DNA of 60,352 bases, filler included, from Nitrospinae bacterium RIFCSPLOWO2_12_FULL_45_22 (GCA_001803565.1; 8 parts of 8 records of this genome joined end to end with filler, not necessarily neighbours in it); one strand, 5' to 3'; shown: positions 50,640-60,352, numbered from the whole stretch's first letter. A program made the numbers and translations. The notes: generated by a model not told the origin, from the letters alone.

Positions 50640-51614
50640 AGGTGAAGATTCCCGGTTGGGTGGGTCTCTGGAAGGTCATCCTCAGGTCTTGCTTGAGGTG
50701 TTTCACCAGGTCTCTGGATACCCTGTTTCTTGCGTATCCCCCGGGATTTATTTGAATACTATCCGTAGTAGCGTACCATCTGGAATGATTTCTCCGGGAT
50801 ATGCTGGGTAATGGCTGCTATGAACTCTTCAGCCTGGTACATCTGGAAATTCTTTTTATTCTTCCCCCGGCTCATCCTGGAATGGTAAATAACTGTGCCC
50901 GTCTCCTCGATATAGCTCATCTTCTCAAGGGAAAAGGTATTGCGGATAATATACTGTGATAGAGCCTCTCTTAAAAAGATAAGTAAACTCTCATAAGCAC
51001 AGTGGCATAGCTCTGTAAGTAAGTCTCTGTCATATTTAAAGTAGAGACGAGGCATAATTGGAATACCAGCAATAATTCACCCTCTTATCAATAAACATTA
51101 AAAAGGTGATAAGTTTTATAATATCAATGAATACATCTCAGTGAATAGTTCAAAATGTATATTAAATTTATGCACTACCAATTTTTCTCAGGCATTCAGG
51201 AGGGAAAATCTTACCCAAAAACCCTATAAAAGAAGAAATTTAAGGCTCGGAAAATTAAGAAGTGCATTAATTTGATATACATAATATGTCACTCAAATAG
51301 GACAAAATAGTTACATTTTAAGCATAAATTATGTATTAAATATGGTATCTGTTCAATACCCAAATAGTATCAACTGTATCTTAAATTAAGGGTGAATTAT
51401 TGCTGATACTGAAAACATATTGACGGTGGGGGACAGGGTAGAGAATATTATGGTGCAAAAATTCTCCGAGCTGGACCACCTTTTTGGAGTGGCATGAAGG
51501 GCAAAACCAACGTCCTTTGCAACTAAAGGCAAGCAAATACTCTTCGCTGCAATCCTTGCAACGTACCCTTGCGAAACCATTCTTTAGATCACCACATTCC
51601 AAATACTCCCTCAT
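50640..51614 (-). pseudogene. IS91-like (Y2) transposase remnant
   Basis: Zn-binding GFARVRCKDC...FSCKGRWFCPSC, HRQYVFSI; HIP...VRYYG*YSNKSRG with in-frame TAG; internal deletion and a MITE insertion. Confidence 0.85.
51067..51405. mobile_element. 339-bp MITE with 17-bp perfect TIRs and 4-bp target duplication
   Basis: CAGCAATAATTCACCCT / AGGGTGAATTATTGCTG flanked by ATAC direct repeats; removing it restores QYVFSIPIMPRLYF. Confidence 0.9.
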
Positions 51615-51727
51615 TAAGCAAACGCCAGAACGGAGATGCCTCAGGTTGTCTGGGATGAACTGTTACATGCTGATCCAATACCTTTCGGTTAATATCTTAG
51701 ATTGCAGAAAGAAATGTTCATATGTTA

Positions 51728-53311
51728 CTAGAAAGTGTAAGTAAATTCAAGTTGAATTTCATCGAAATTGCGGTCTCCCCATCCCCACACATCATCATTA
51801 TTGCCCGCATAACCTGTATATCCAATGTCTACATTGAAGGTATTCGTTATTTCATAATTCATTTTAGGTCCTGCAAATCTCCAGGAACCGCCATCATTAT
51901 AGCCTACGGCACAACTAAAAGTGGCCCGGTCGTTCCAAAATGACTTAGAAATGCTGACAATACCATAAGTCTGCCATTTATCAAGGGTTTTACCCAGTTC
52001 GGTCTGGTCATTGTCATAGCCGAAATAGTTATAAACTGCTACCCAGGTAGTAATGAGCCAATCAGCCGGACCTTTCACTAAGGGTGGTTTAAACGTTGTT
52101 TCCGCATTGAGTGCCCAGCGCATCTCATTTCTTTTCGTATACCCATCTTTGCCAGGGGCCAGAAATCCAGCGGCAATGTCCCGCGCGCTGGGTTGCTCAG
52201 TGCGGGTAGACCGATAGCGGTTAAGGAAATAAGCAAGCTCTCCCCGCAGGGTCCAATCCTTTCCCAGCATATGGGTTATCTTTTCCCCTGTTGCGCCCAG
52301 CATTGTCATACGCACAGGCTTAGGCTCGATTATTATCCAGGGTTCCCCCCTGCCAAGGGCAGCAGTATCTATCCCTTTTATAAAATTATAAGGAGTTTTT
52401 TCCCATATATACAGGAAATAAAGTCCAAGATCCCAACCCCCTTCGGTAAAGGTAGAAACTCTAGCCCCCCATTCGTGGTTTTTAAAGGAAGCTGAGGGTT
52501 TATCTGTTTTGAAAAATCTCAAATTTTTATAGCTATTCCGGAAGATAAAGGCCGGAGATTGCAAATAGGGAGCCGGCGCATACAGACTCTCCTCATAATC
52601 AGGCATCCAGATTAATTCAAACTCAACATCTCCCAAAAAGGTATCTGCCAGATAATAAGAAATATCAGCCATCCATGCTGTCCTTCTGGTCAGCTCAGTA
52701 TCATCCACGGCGGTGTCATGTAGTTCTCGAAAATCATAACCATGGAGCTGATCAACAAAATGACCAATGTCAGTGGCTTTTCCCCATACGATTTGTTGCT
52801 TACCAATCCTAAATTCCCAATCTCCTTTTGACCATAAGAAATATCCTTCCCGAAACCACCGCCTGAAACTATGGAAATACTCTAATTCCCTTTCCGTTCC
52901 CTCCCCTTTTCCCAAAGCCCCTCTTTGCCAATCGAAAGAGGAGTCGTAGAGATAATCCAATTGGCCGATGAGGGTCAGGGTGGGGCTGAAATAATACTTG
53001 TAGCGCAGTTCTCCCAGCCATTCAATTCGCTGAAAGTTCTGTTTGATGTGCAAATGACGTCCTCCCCCCAGCGGTGCATCACCCGTATTATGGAGCAGGA
53101 TATCGCTTTCATTAATAAGATAACCCCTCAACTCTAAATTAGGAAAGGTTTGTGTTAGGGGCTCTATGATTAAATCCCGCGGGGGATTCATGGGAAAGGG
53201 ATCCGCCAGGGCGGATCCTCGGAAAAAGAAAAGAGAAACAATCACTACAAATCCTATTTCTATCGTCCTCTCAGATAAGCTATATCTTCGGTCCATCCTT
53301 CCCCCTTTCAT
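51728..53311 (-). CDS. DUF1302-like outer-membrane beta-barrel protein
   Basis: Signal peptide, FREGY, RIGKQQIVWG, LRGELAY, C-terminal ...D.IQLEFTYTF; downstream of a DUF1329-like gene. Confidence 0.75.
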   Translation of the reverse strand: MKGGRMDRRYSLSERTIEIGFVVIVSLFFFRGSALADPFPMNPPRDLIIEPLTQTFPNLELRGYLINESDILLHNTGDAPLGGGRHLHIKQNFQRIEWLGELRYKYYFSPTLTLIGQLDYLYDSSFDWQRGALGKGEGTERELEYFHSFRRWFREGYFLWSKGDWEFRIGKQQIVWGKATDIGHFVDQLHGYDFRELHDTAVDDTELTRRTAWMADISYYLADTFLGDVEFELIWMPDYEESLYAPAPYLQSPAFIFRNSYKNLRFFKTDKPSASFKNHEWGARVSTFTEGGWDLGLYFLYIWEKTPYNFIKGIDTAALGRGEPWIIIEPKPVRMTMLGATGEKITHMLGKDWTLRGELAYFLNRYRSTRTEQPSARDIAAGFLAPGKDGYTKRNEMRWALNAETTFKPPLVKGPADWLITTWVAVYNYFGYDNDQTELGKTLDKWQTYGIVSISKSFWNDRATFSCAVGYNDGGSWRFAGPKMNYEITNTFNVDIGYTGYAGNNDDVWGWGDRNFDEIQLEFTYTF

Positions 53312-53390
53312 AGGTCCTCGTGTAGCTTAATTCACCATACACTTCAGATTGAATTTGACATTCCGCTCGTAACGTGTAGATATCCAGTTC

Positions 53391-54500
53391 TTATTTACCT
53401 GCGGCCGTTATTTTCGTATTAACATTTTCCCAGAATTCCCACCTAATTTGAGGTTCCGGCGGAAGATCCTCTTTTTTCTTGAAATAAGGAGGTGGATTTT
53501 TTGCCTTTCTCCAGATAAATTCTTTTCGGAGTTGCCCTTGTGAGAACCAGCGCTTGCTATAATCCTGATCAAATATCCAGTCATACCATTGATAAATGGT
53601 CCTTACATTGGTGCTGAGGGTTTTGGCGTTCCATTGGGACCACGCCCAATAATTCCATGGCTTTACCTGAACCCAGTCTATATCATATACTTTGAAGAGA
53701 CGACCTTGCCGGTTAAACTGTTCTTCATGAACACTTCTGAAATCTTTATCTTCCACCCAGGTAACCCTCTTGCTCAAGTAATATTTCGGGTCTACTATAT
53801 TGTGGCTCTCCACAACAAAGCATCTTTCCCCTTTTATCGTATCCACACCCAAGATCTTATGGATCTCTTCCCACCAGGGTTCCCTCTCTTCAAGATCATC
53901 CCAGGTAATATCGCAAATACTGTAATTATCGTCTTTAATCTGGGGATTCTTTACCCTTACCCTTCTCAGCTTATTGCTCCATGACCAGGTCCAGCGGGCC
54001 TTTTGAACTCCCACGGAGTTCAGATAGGAGTATCAAGTACCTCCCGAACCAACATATTCGGGCGGATAAGTATTTACGCCGATCATATTGCTGTGAAGCT
54101 CTCCCGGTTTTATCCCGTCCTGGGTAAGCAAGGCTTTTATATCCTTATAGTAAAATTTGAATTTACAGAGAAACTCCCTTATCCTTATATTTCCCATATT
54201 GTCTACCAGAGTTACTCGATCAAACCGGTCATTATCGTGCCCCGACTCCTTACTGGCATAGGAATAGATCATCAATTCTAAAGCTGTATATCCATATTTT
54301 TCTATCTCTTCCTTTTCGGTCTGGGTCAATTCTTTTTTCCCCGGAGGCATTCTGGCGATCATGGGATCTCCAAAGACCTCCTTGGGATTCCGGTATTGAT
54401 CTCCATTCGCAATAGAAGGAGCCCCTAGAACGACTATCCCCAATAGAATAGAGATAAATACTACCCATTCCCTCTCCCGCATTCTCTTTAACTTGTTCAT
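53391..54500 (-). CDS. DUF1329/LolA-like periplasmic protein with an in-frame TGA at 54033-54035
   Basis: AAAGGAGG RBS and ATG at 54500; both halves are in the same frame (GGT ACT TGA TAC TCC); LRRVR, ITWDD, Y.SKRVTWV, EQFNRQGRLFK. Confidence 0.75.
54004..54022 (-). promoter_or_regulatory. SECIS-like hairpin downstream of the in-frame UGA
   Basis: UGAACUCC-GUG-GGAGUUCA, an 8-bp stem starting 10 nt after the UGA. Confidence 0.4.
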
Positions 54501-54547
54501 GATTTTCCTCCTTTCTTCCAGACGAGCGTGCAAAGGCAACAAGCTGA

Positions 54548-55182
54548 GTCGAGTAGACCGGTTTCTCCCGATGCTACAGGTTGAGGTTTGTTTTCTCCGT
54601 TTTCTGCCTGGTTTCTCGGCAGTGCCACAATATTTCAACCATACATCAGTTGGCCCCAACCCCTCACAGAACCGGACTTGCGGGATTACCGCATCCGGCT
54701 CTTCAAGCAGGCTCACATCGTAGCCGCGTAGATCCAACCATAGCCCTTCAAGATTCTGGGTTTGGGTAAGGGATAGCGAAGCAGTAAAGCTTCAAATTCT
54801 GCCCAGTTGAAGCTTTTCCTTTGACTGCGCCGATTGAGCCACTTGAACCACATCCTCTTTATCGCATAGACAAATTTGTTCAAGGTTGCGTAGTTCCCCG
54901 CAAATCCAAAATAGTTGTAGTACCCCTTGAGGACTCGGCATATATGCTGGTATAGTTCCCGGAATGGAAGCACATTGCGCAATTTCCTGAGTTTATCATT
55001 CAAGTCGACCAGTTTTCTTCTCATACGCTTACCAATCGTCTTGCGACCCAGTCTTATCCCGCCTCTTCGGCTCCGGGTCATATAGTGAGTAAACCCAAGA
55101 AAGTCTAATGTGCTCGGCTTACCCCCTGTAAGCTTGCTCCTCCGGTATGCATCCTTGCCAAACTATATCAGTCTGCTCTTCT
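54548..55182 (-). mobile_element. Group II intron, 3' part (domains V and VI)
   Basis: DV GAGCCGGATGCGGTAATCCCGCAAGTCCGGTTC (54669-54701), then TGTGAGGGG; ends ...CTACTCGAC. Confidence 0.9.
54713..55182 (-). CDS. Group II intron RT/maturase, C-terminal fragment
   Basis: EKSRLI*FG (in-frame stop), DFLGFTH, LKGYYNYFG, WLNRRSQRKSFNW, PLPKPRI. Confidence 0.9.
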
Positions 55183-55282
55183 NNNNNNNNNNNNNNNNNN
55201 NNNNNNNNNNNNNNNNNNNNNNNNNNTTAATTAATTAANNNNNNNNNNNNNNNNNNNNNNNNNNNNNNNNNNNNNNNNNNNN

Positions 55283-55579
55283 CTGCTCTGGCCGGGTCAA
55301 GATAGGCAGGTCCTGGGCAAAATATTTCCGGGCTGCCCCCATATCCTGCGGCATGTTCTTTACCCGGTTCAGGTCAAAGCCGGCACAGAAGGCCTTTTCA
55401 CCGGCACCGGTAATAATCATCACTTTTGCATCATCATCCTGCTCTACTTCGTTAAAAGCCTGCTCCAATCCCGAGGTTATCTCCTCATGGAGACAGTTGT
55501 GTTTCTCTGGATAATCCAGGGTAGCGATCACTACCCCGTTCTTCTTCTCATAATTTACTTTGTCAAACCGCTTCATCAT
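55283..55579 (-). CDS. Enoyl-CoA hydratase family, 3' truncated
   Basis: PEKHNCL, ITGAGEKAFCAGFDL. Confidence 0.85.
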
Positions 55580-55648
55580 CTCCTTTCCCTCCCTTTTTCA
55601 AACACCTTTTGCAACCTGCTTGCAGGTATCGGGGTTATTTTGGGCATT

Positions 55649-55915
55649 TTACGATATACTTACCAGTTCAGTTGCGACGAGCTTAGGTGGCAACCATCGC
55701 CCGTTTACATCTCTTTTGTATCTTGACTCTTCGAGAATGTCTTCAAGGGTTCCCATTTTTTTTGCCTCTTCAATAAATAGCCTCACAGCAGTCTTGAGCA
55801 TTTCCTTTGCATGTTCAATGGTATTCCCACAACTCGAAATATCAAGCTCAGGGCAATATGCTACATAAGCTTCATCCTCTTTAAAAACGATAATGTCATA
55901 ATCAATGGGTATCAT
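55649..55915 (-). CDS. HicB-family antitoxin (no HicA seen)
   Basis: YVAYCPELDISSCGNTIEHAKEML..AV.LFIE. Confidence 0.85.
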   Translation of the reverse strand: MIPIDYDIIVFKEDEAYVAYCPELDISSCGNTIEHAKEMLKTAVRLFIEEAKKMGTLEDILEESRYKRDVNGRWLPPKLVATELVSIS

Positions 55916-55972
55916 GGTTGCCTCCTTATTAATTCAGACCATCTGAGCTAAGAAAAACCCTAAAAACTCTCT

Positions 55973-58504
55973 TTAGAATAATCTGCCTTGATTTGCATTT
56001 ACTTTTTTATTCTCTTTTTGTTCGGCTTTCTGGTTTAAGATTTGATAGATATCAACCCTGGTTTTTTCTTTCACGTAGGCATTGCGTAATCGGTCAAAGA
56101 AAATCAGCTTCCAGTTTCCCTTTTCAAAATGCTCTTTAAAAAGGGGCGAAGTGAGCTTGTTTTTAAATTGGGCCTCTCTTTCCTCAGGCAGAACCATAAA
56201 TTTGTCGACCTGCTCTTCAACGTTTGATCCACGCATTAAGGCGCTAGTCATACTGGTTGTTGCCTCTATTTCGAAAAGGGCAATAATCTTATTCCCAGTC
56301 ACCCAGAGGAGGTCTATATTTTCCACCACATCAAAATTGGTAGCATTGGTAACCTTTAGCTCCTTAAGGGACATATATCCAGATAAGGTCTTACCCTGGG
56401 CAACGAGTCCACCATCTCTTTCGTGCTGCTCTCTTTTCCCAATCCAGATACCATATCCCTGATCTTTTCCTATTACTGCCAAAATAGCCAGAACCTCGCT
56501 GTGCTGATTAACCCGCCGCTTTATCTCGGGCTTTAATAGCCAGTATCCACCAGCGACCTGCCGGGCATAGATTTTCAGGGCATCCATGATGTTAGTACTA
56601 TCAGAGGTAAGGGAATTGGGGAACTCGGTACTTACCGCATCCCATACCTCGGTAAAGGTCACTTTGGCCTTCTGGTATAGCTTTCGACAGACGGTCTGTT
56701 CAACCCTTTCAGTCAGAGGTATCTCGTTCAGCCGGGGCACAATAGAGGTATCCTTGAACCACCACAGCTTGCCTTCGGCCCCACCTACCTTTGCTGGAAG
56801 GAGAATAAATTCTTTATCAAGATGCTTTTTCAGCACTGTATTTATATCCATCCCGGTATGGAGGCTGGAGAAGAAACCGTGTTTGGCCAGGACTGGGTCT
56901 ATATAGTTGATGATGATGGTATAGGGGGTCGGTTCCGCCCTTTCTGCCAATAGCGCAATCGTGGTTTCTACTACTATCTTCTCAAACCTGACTTCATCTA
57001 TCTCTTCTGGTAGTGTAGCAGTGACCTTTGCTGGTGGTTTATGAAACCGGAGATAAAAATCCCCCTGGGCAGAGCCAAAGGGCTGGAGCAAGGATTTAGC
57101 GGAGGGTCTGGCCAGCTCTTGGTGATGTATCTTTTGGAACTCAAACCCAGCAAAGACACCTGCCCGTATAGTTGCATTACGGACCTTGAAGGTAGGGTTA
57201 TGGAAGGTCATGGTAAGATAATGATCGGGCTTCAAAACTTTAAACATCTGCTGGAAGCTTGATGAGATAAGCGAATAATAGACATCAAAGTCCTTATGTT
57301 GTCTCTCGTTTCTTATGATCTCATGGGCCATTATTTTTTCTAGATACCCTTGATCCATCTTGAGCCACGCTATCCACATATAAGTAAGCTCGCCATATTG
57401 GATAGAGGCATCATAGGGGGGGTCGGTAAAGATGTAGTCAACCTTTCCCTCCGGCATTTTATCCATCAGGCCCAGGGCATCCCCCTGATAAATAAAGATA
57501 TCCGCCTTTCCTGAGAGCAGTTGATCTATAGATTTAGCAAATCTCTTATTCGCGAAAAGAGCATTTGATTCAGTCTTGGCTTTGATAAGCCCCTGACGTT
57601 CATTGATCGCGCTTTCAAAACGATTCCAAACATTTGATTCCATAAATTCATTAGCTGACCAGTAGCTGTGTTCGTTCCATACTGAGCTAAACGGTCGGGT
57701 TGGTCTGACTGGCATCATTTTTGTGCAAAGATGTACCAGGGACGAGAATCCAATCTTCAAAAAGTCCCTCAAGTCCTTTGTGGGCTCTTTTTCTATCGCA
57801 GCCATTAGCCAGGCCAGGGCCTGAAGGTTCCTCTTGGTGAAGAGCTGGTCTATGGATTCGTATTGCTGCTTTTCCTTAAAGGCCATTCCATTGGGATAGT
57901 AGAGGGGATTGGTGGGGTACCACTCCCTTATCTTTTTGGATTCAATACTTTTGAGGAGATCACGGTCATATTTGCTAAGCTTACAGTTGGATTCTTGCCT
58001 ATCACCACAGTGCGGACAGGATTGGTAGCGGATTTCCTGGTAGTCCCCATCCTGCCAAACCGCACAATCAATGACAATATCTTCTTTGCAGTTGCGGCAA
58101 TGGGTGGTATATAACCCCTCGATCTTTTTCTTCACCTGTTTCTCTACTCGCTTAAATGCCTGGTAGAGTTCTACTTCATTAACGGGCTTAATAGTAAGAC
58201 GAATGATCTCGGTAGCGATGGGGTTTAGGTCACAGGCAATGACTCTCAGATTATTTTTCAGGGCTTCCATAGCGGTAATCCCACTACCGGCAAAGGGATC
58301 AAAGACGATCCCACCTTCTGGACAGTATGCCCTTATGAATTCACCCACCACATTCCAGGTCTTCCTTGACCAAAACTTATGCCAGAGATAGATGGGGGTA
58401 TGGGCTAAGGGAGGGATTTGGCGGCTTATATGGTCAATTTCTAGTTTTGATGGCTTTGAAACGGTGACCGGGGTAATCTCTATTCGGGATTTACTCTTTT
58501 TCAA
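55973..58504 (-). CDS. Amino-DNA methyltransferase with Zn ribbon fused to a C-terminal restriction-endonuclease-like domain
   Basis: HKFWSRK, FDPFAGSG, CRNC...CPHC, FTDPPY; C-terminal IDLLW...FEIEATT PD-(D/E)xK-like motif. Confidence 0.85.
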   Translation of the reverse strand: MKKSKSRIEITPVTVSKPSKLEIDHISRQIPPLAHTPIYLWHKFWSRKTWNVVGEFIRAYCPEGGIVFDPFAGSGITAMEALKNNLRVIACDLNPIATEIIRLTIKPVNEVELYQAFKRVEKQVKKKIEGLYTTHCRNCKEDIVIDCAVWQDGDYQEIRYQSCPHCGDRQESNCKLSKYDRDLLKSIESKKIREWYPTNPLYYPNGMAFKEKQQYESIDQLFTKRNLQALAWLMAAIEKEPTKDLRDFLKIGFSSLVHLCTKMMPVRPTRPFSSVWNEHSYWSANEFMESNVWNRFESAINERQGLIKAKTESNALFANKRFAKSIDQLLSGKADIFIYQGDALGLMDKMPEGKVDYIFTDPPYDASIQYGELTYMWIAWLKMDQGYLEKIMAHEIIRNERQHKDFDVYYSLISSSFQQMFKVLKPDHYLTMTFHNPTFKVRNATIRAGVFAGFEFQKIHHQELARPSAKSLLQPFGSAQGDFYLRFHKPPAKVTATLPEEIDEVRFEKIVVETTIALLAERAEPTPYTIIINYIDPVLAKHGFFSSLHTGMDINTVLKKHLDKEFILLPAKVGGAEGKLWWFKDTSIVPRLNEIPLTERVEQTVCRKLYQKAKVTFTEVWDAVSTEFPNSLTSDSTNIMDALKIYARQVAGGYWLLKPEIKRRVNQHSEVLAILAVIGKDQGYGIWIGKREQHERDGGLVAQGKTLSGYMSLKELKVTNATNFDVVENIDLLWVTGNKIIALFEIEATTSMTSALMRGSNVEEQVDKFMVLPEEREAQFKNKLTSPLFKEHFEKGNWKLIFFDRLRNAYVKEKTRVDIYQILNQKAEQKENKKVNANQGRLF

Positions 58505-58799
58505 GCTCTTTTATAATCCTCTTTGCCAACTCAAAAGCTGCGGCAATCCTTGTGAGTTTAACATCCTTCAGGCCTTTTATCTGGGCCATTTCGGACAAAC
58601 TCTGACCCATGAGCCCATTTATAGAATAATACTTATAGAGTAATTCCTTGGCTATGTCTAGCGCACTTTTACCTTTGTACCCTGTGCCGATAAGTATCGC
58701 CAGTAATTCTGTATTGGTACATGCCTCAGGGCCCAAACATAGCAGCTTACCACCCGGATGGCTCCATTCTTCCATTACCTTTTCTTCTTCTGAAGACAT
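58491..58799 (-). CDS. RadC/UPF0758 N-terminal (HhH) domain-only protein
   Basis: KL...GPEA.T..ELLAILIGTG..GKSALDIAKELL...IKGL..VK...I.AAFELAKR; no JAB domain. Confidence 0.85.
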   Translation of the reverse strand: MSSEEEKVMEEWSHPGGKLLCLGPEACTNTELLAILIGTGYKGKSALDIAKELLYKYYSINGLMGQSLSEMAQIKGLKDVKLTRIAAAFELAKRIIKELEKE

Positions 58800-58826
58800 T
58801 GCCTATCTCCCTTGAGTGCCTAAATC

Positions 58827-59684
58827 TTATGAATCTTTTTTCTCTGTCCGCTTTACGGCTTTACTAATATCTAAATATCTTTTCCCTTCTTCGTCCCTTT
58901 GATAAAATCCCTCAAAATTTAATTCAGCTACAATACGATTTGCTAATTGTACAAAAAGATTATTGGCTCTTTTTGCCTGCTTTATATCTTCGGCTATATC
59001 TATTCCCACGAATGAACTTCCTATTGAAAAGTCTTTACCTGTAATCTTTCCCGAAGGATCTCTGATATCTTTTATAGGTTTTTTTGAAGGTGACAGCCCC
59101 TCTCCCTGATAATATTTTGGCCACCTATGCTTAATAGCGTTGGCTATTTCGTTTATTCTTTCTACGCTTTTATCTTTTGAGTATTCTTTTATCCATTTAT
59201 AGAGATTGGAGGTGTTATTGGTTATTTTAAGATGAGCCCGGAGGACATTTAAGTAGGTATTATCTTCACGGGCCTTTTCTTCTATTAAATTCCCTTCCTC
59301 ATCCTTCTTTTTCTCATTTTTCCAGTTTTGAATATCTAAGGCTAACCTTATCAAATTTGCCAATTTATCCCCACAAGCCTGGAGCAATATACATGCGTAT
59401 CTTAGAAAATATGCCTTTTCAACAATTTGACTGCTGTAGGTAATTTCCTTAGTATCTTCATCCCTATAAACTTTATGCCCAACAGGATGCTGATTTGAAT
59501 TAGCGATTATCAAGCTTTTAGCGGCATCAAACTGGGTATGATAAATAAGGTATTTCCAGGATTCCGCCATACCATAGTTTTCATCCTTAATTACAAGTAA
59601 GGAGTTAGGAGAAACCCATGACCGGTCAATCATTTTTAAGGTCTTGGAGAAATTTAAATCCCGCTTTTTTGCTTTTTCTTTCAT
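58827..59684 (-). CDS. Putative HEPN-domain protein (Cthe_2314-like)
   Basis: Helical and AT-rich; DKLAN segment and ANAIKHR motif. Confidence 0.55.
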   Translation of the reverse strand: MKEKAKKRDLNFSKTLKMIDRSWVSPNSLLVIKDENYGMAESWKYLIYHTQFDAAKSLIIANSNQHPVGHKVYRDEDTKEITYSSQIVEKAYFLRYACILLQACGDKLANLIRLALDIQNWKNEKKKDEEGNLIEEKAREDNTYLNVLRAHLKITNNTSNLYKWIKEYSKDKSVERINEIANAIKHRWPKYYQGEGLSPSKKPIKDIRDPSGKITGKDFSIGSSFVGIDIAEDIKQAKRANNLFVQLANRIVAELNFEGFYQRDEEGKRYLDISKAVKRTEKKDS

Positions 59685-59827
59685 TTCGTAAGTTTACTAT
59701 TTAATTACGGCTAGGGCCTTTAAAAAGTATTAATCAAATCTCTTTCTCTGTCTTCTAGGTGCCTGTGGCTAAACAGAATTTAAAACTTTAATTAGCTAAA
59801 CTATTACCCTTTATTTTTATACTCAAG

Positions 59828-60352
59828 TCAGATCAGTTGCTGGATATTTTTGAGGATTTGATCGGCTCCTTCGACAATTTCCTGGATGAGCTGAGCGGCA
59901 GTAACAGTATTTCGCACCATACCGGCAATTTCGCCGATCAGTGGGGCACCATCTACCACATCACCGCTTACCATGGCCTTCAGCACCTTCCCAGGATAAC
60001 CTACATGGGCCTTTATCTCTTCCAGGGGCCTGCCCGCCAGTCTCATCTCCTCGGCTTTGAAGGCCCAGGGGTTTTTGTAGGAGCGCATAGGTGGCGCACC
60101 GGTCTCTTTGCCTGGCACTATTACCATGGTCTCATCTTCCTGCGCCTTCAGGATGATGTCTTTAAAATTGGGATGGGCGTTACATTCTTTGGTCACTACA
60201 AAACGGGTCCCGATCTGGATAGCATGGGCACCCAGGGCTAAAGCGGCCACCAGTCCCCGGGCATCTGCTATGCCACCGGCGGCTACTACCGGTACTTTGA
60301 CAGCATCTACTACCAGGGGTATCAAGACCATAGTTGCTACATCATCATAATT
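59828..60352 (-). CDS. Nitronate monooxygenase / FabK-like flavoenzyme, 5' truncated
   Basis: VPVVAAGGIADARG..AALALGA..IQIGTRF....E. Confidence 0.9.
   Translation of the reverse strand, partial: NYDDVATMVLIPLVVDAVKVPVVAAGGIADARGLVAALALGAHAIQIGTRFVVTKECNAHPNFKDIILKAQEDETMVIVPGKETGAPPMRSYKNPWAFKAEEMRLAGRPLEEIKAHVGYPGKVLKAMVSGDVVDGAPLIGEIAGMVRNTVTAAQLIQEIVEGADQILKNIQQLI

Noticed and set aside
50759-50761. In-frame TAG in the transposase (RYYG*YSN) as possible pyrrolysine recoding
   Set aside because: The position is typically an aromatic residue (TGG to TAG), and the gene is otherwise deleted and interrupted, so it is a pseudogene.
54713-55182. Reverse transcriptase as a retron, DGR or CRISPR-linked RT
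   Set aside because: It has a maturase X domain followed by clear intron domains V and VI, and it is on a different contig from cas7.
1247-60350. Many short antisense or overlapping ORFs in the track (e.g. 1247-1723, 24896-25408, 39324-39806, 59837-60241)
   Set aside because: They are shadows of well-supported genes on the opposite strand and have no recognisable motifs.

Overview
This window is not one locus. It is eight unrelated contigs (about 1-6446, 6547-14477, 14578-28595, 28696-33757, 33858-38956, 39057-50035, 50136-55182, 55283-60352) joined by artificial N-TTAATTAATTAA-N linkers, probably from a MAG or single-cell genome of an anaerobic, Desulfobacterota-like bacterium (inference from gene content). 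Gene neighbourhoods are meaningful only within a contig. Contents: (1) integron-like toxin-antitoxin cassettes with an attC, four tandem crotonase-fold genes and a UDPGP-family pyrophosphorylase; (2) a Gld-like ABC exporter, ino1, HU and a repeat-bracketed glycosyltransferase; (3) three secreted proteins sharing a near-identical ~200-aa C-terminal module, a PMT-TPR glycosyltransferase, a PIN TA pair, queD and a CCA/poly(A) polymerase; (4) a NarK-type transporter with a consensus sigma-54 promoter and an adjacent two-component system; (5) a type III CRISPR Cas7 (RAMP) gene followed directly by an 832-aa CARF(APE2256/Crn1-like)-HD phosphohydrolase fusion and nucleotidyltransferase/HEPN modules, which is the best candidate for an undescribed system; (6) an attC cassette, xseAB, a divergent folD, ADH, NUDIX and GT-C/discoidin paralogues; (7) a decayed IS91-like element carrying a MITE, DUF1302, a DUF1329-like gene with an in-frame TGA followed by a SECIS-like hairpin, and a group II intron 3' end; (8) a candidate defence cluster of HEPN, RadC N-terminal-only, MTase-REase fusion and HicB genes. 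No CRISPR array, rRNA or tRNA was seen. Family calls come from motif recognition by eye, not database searches.
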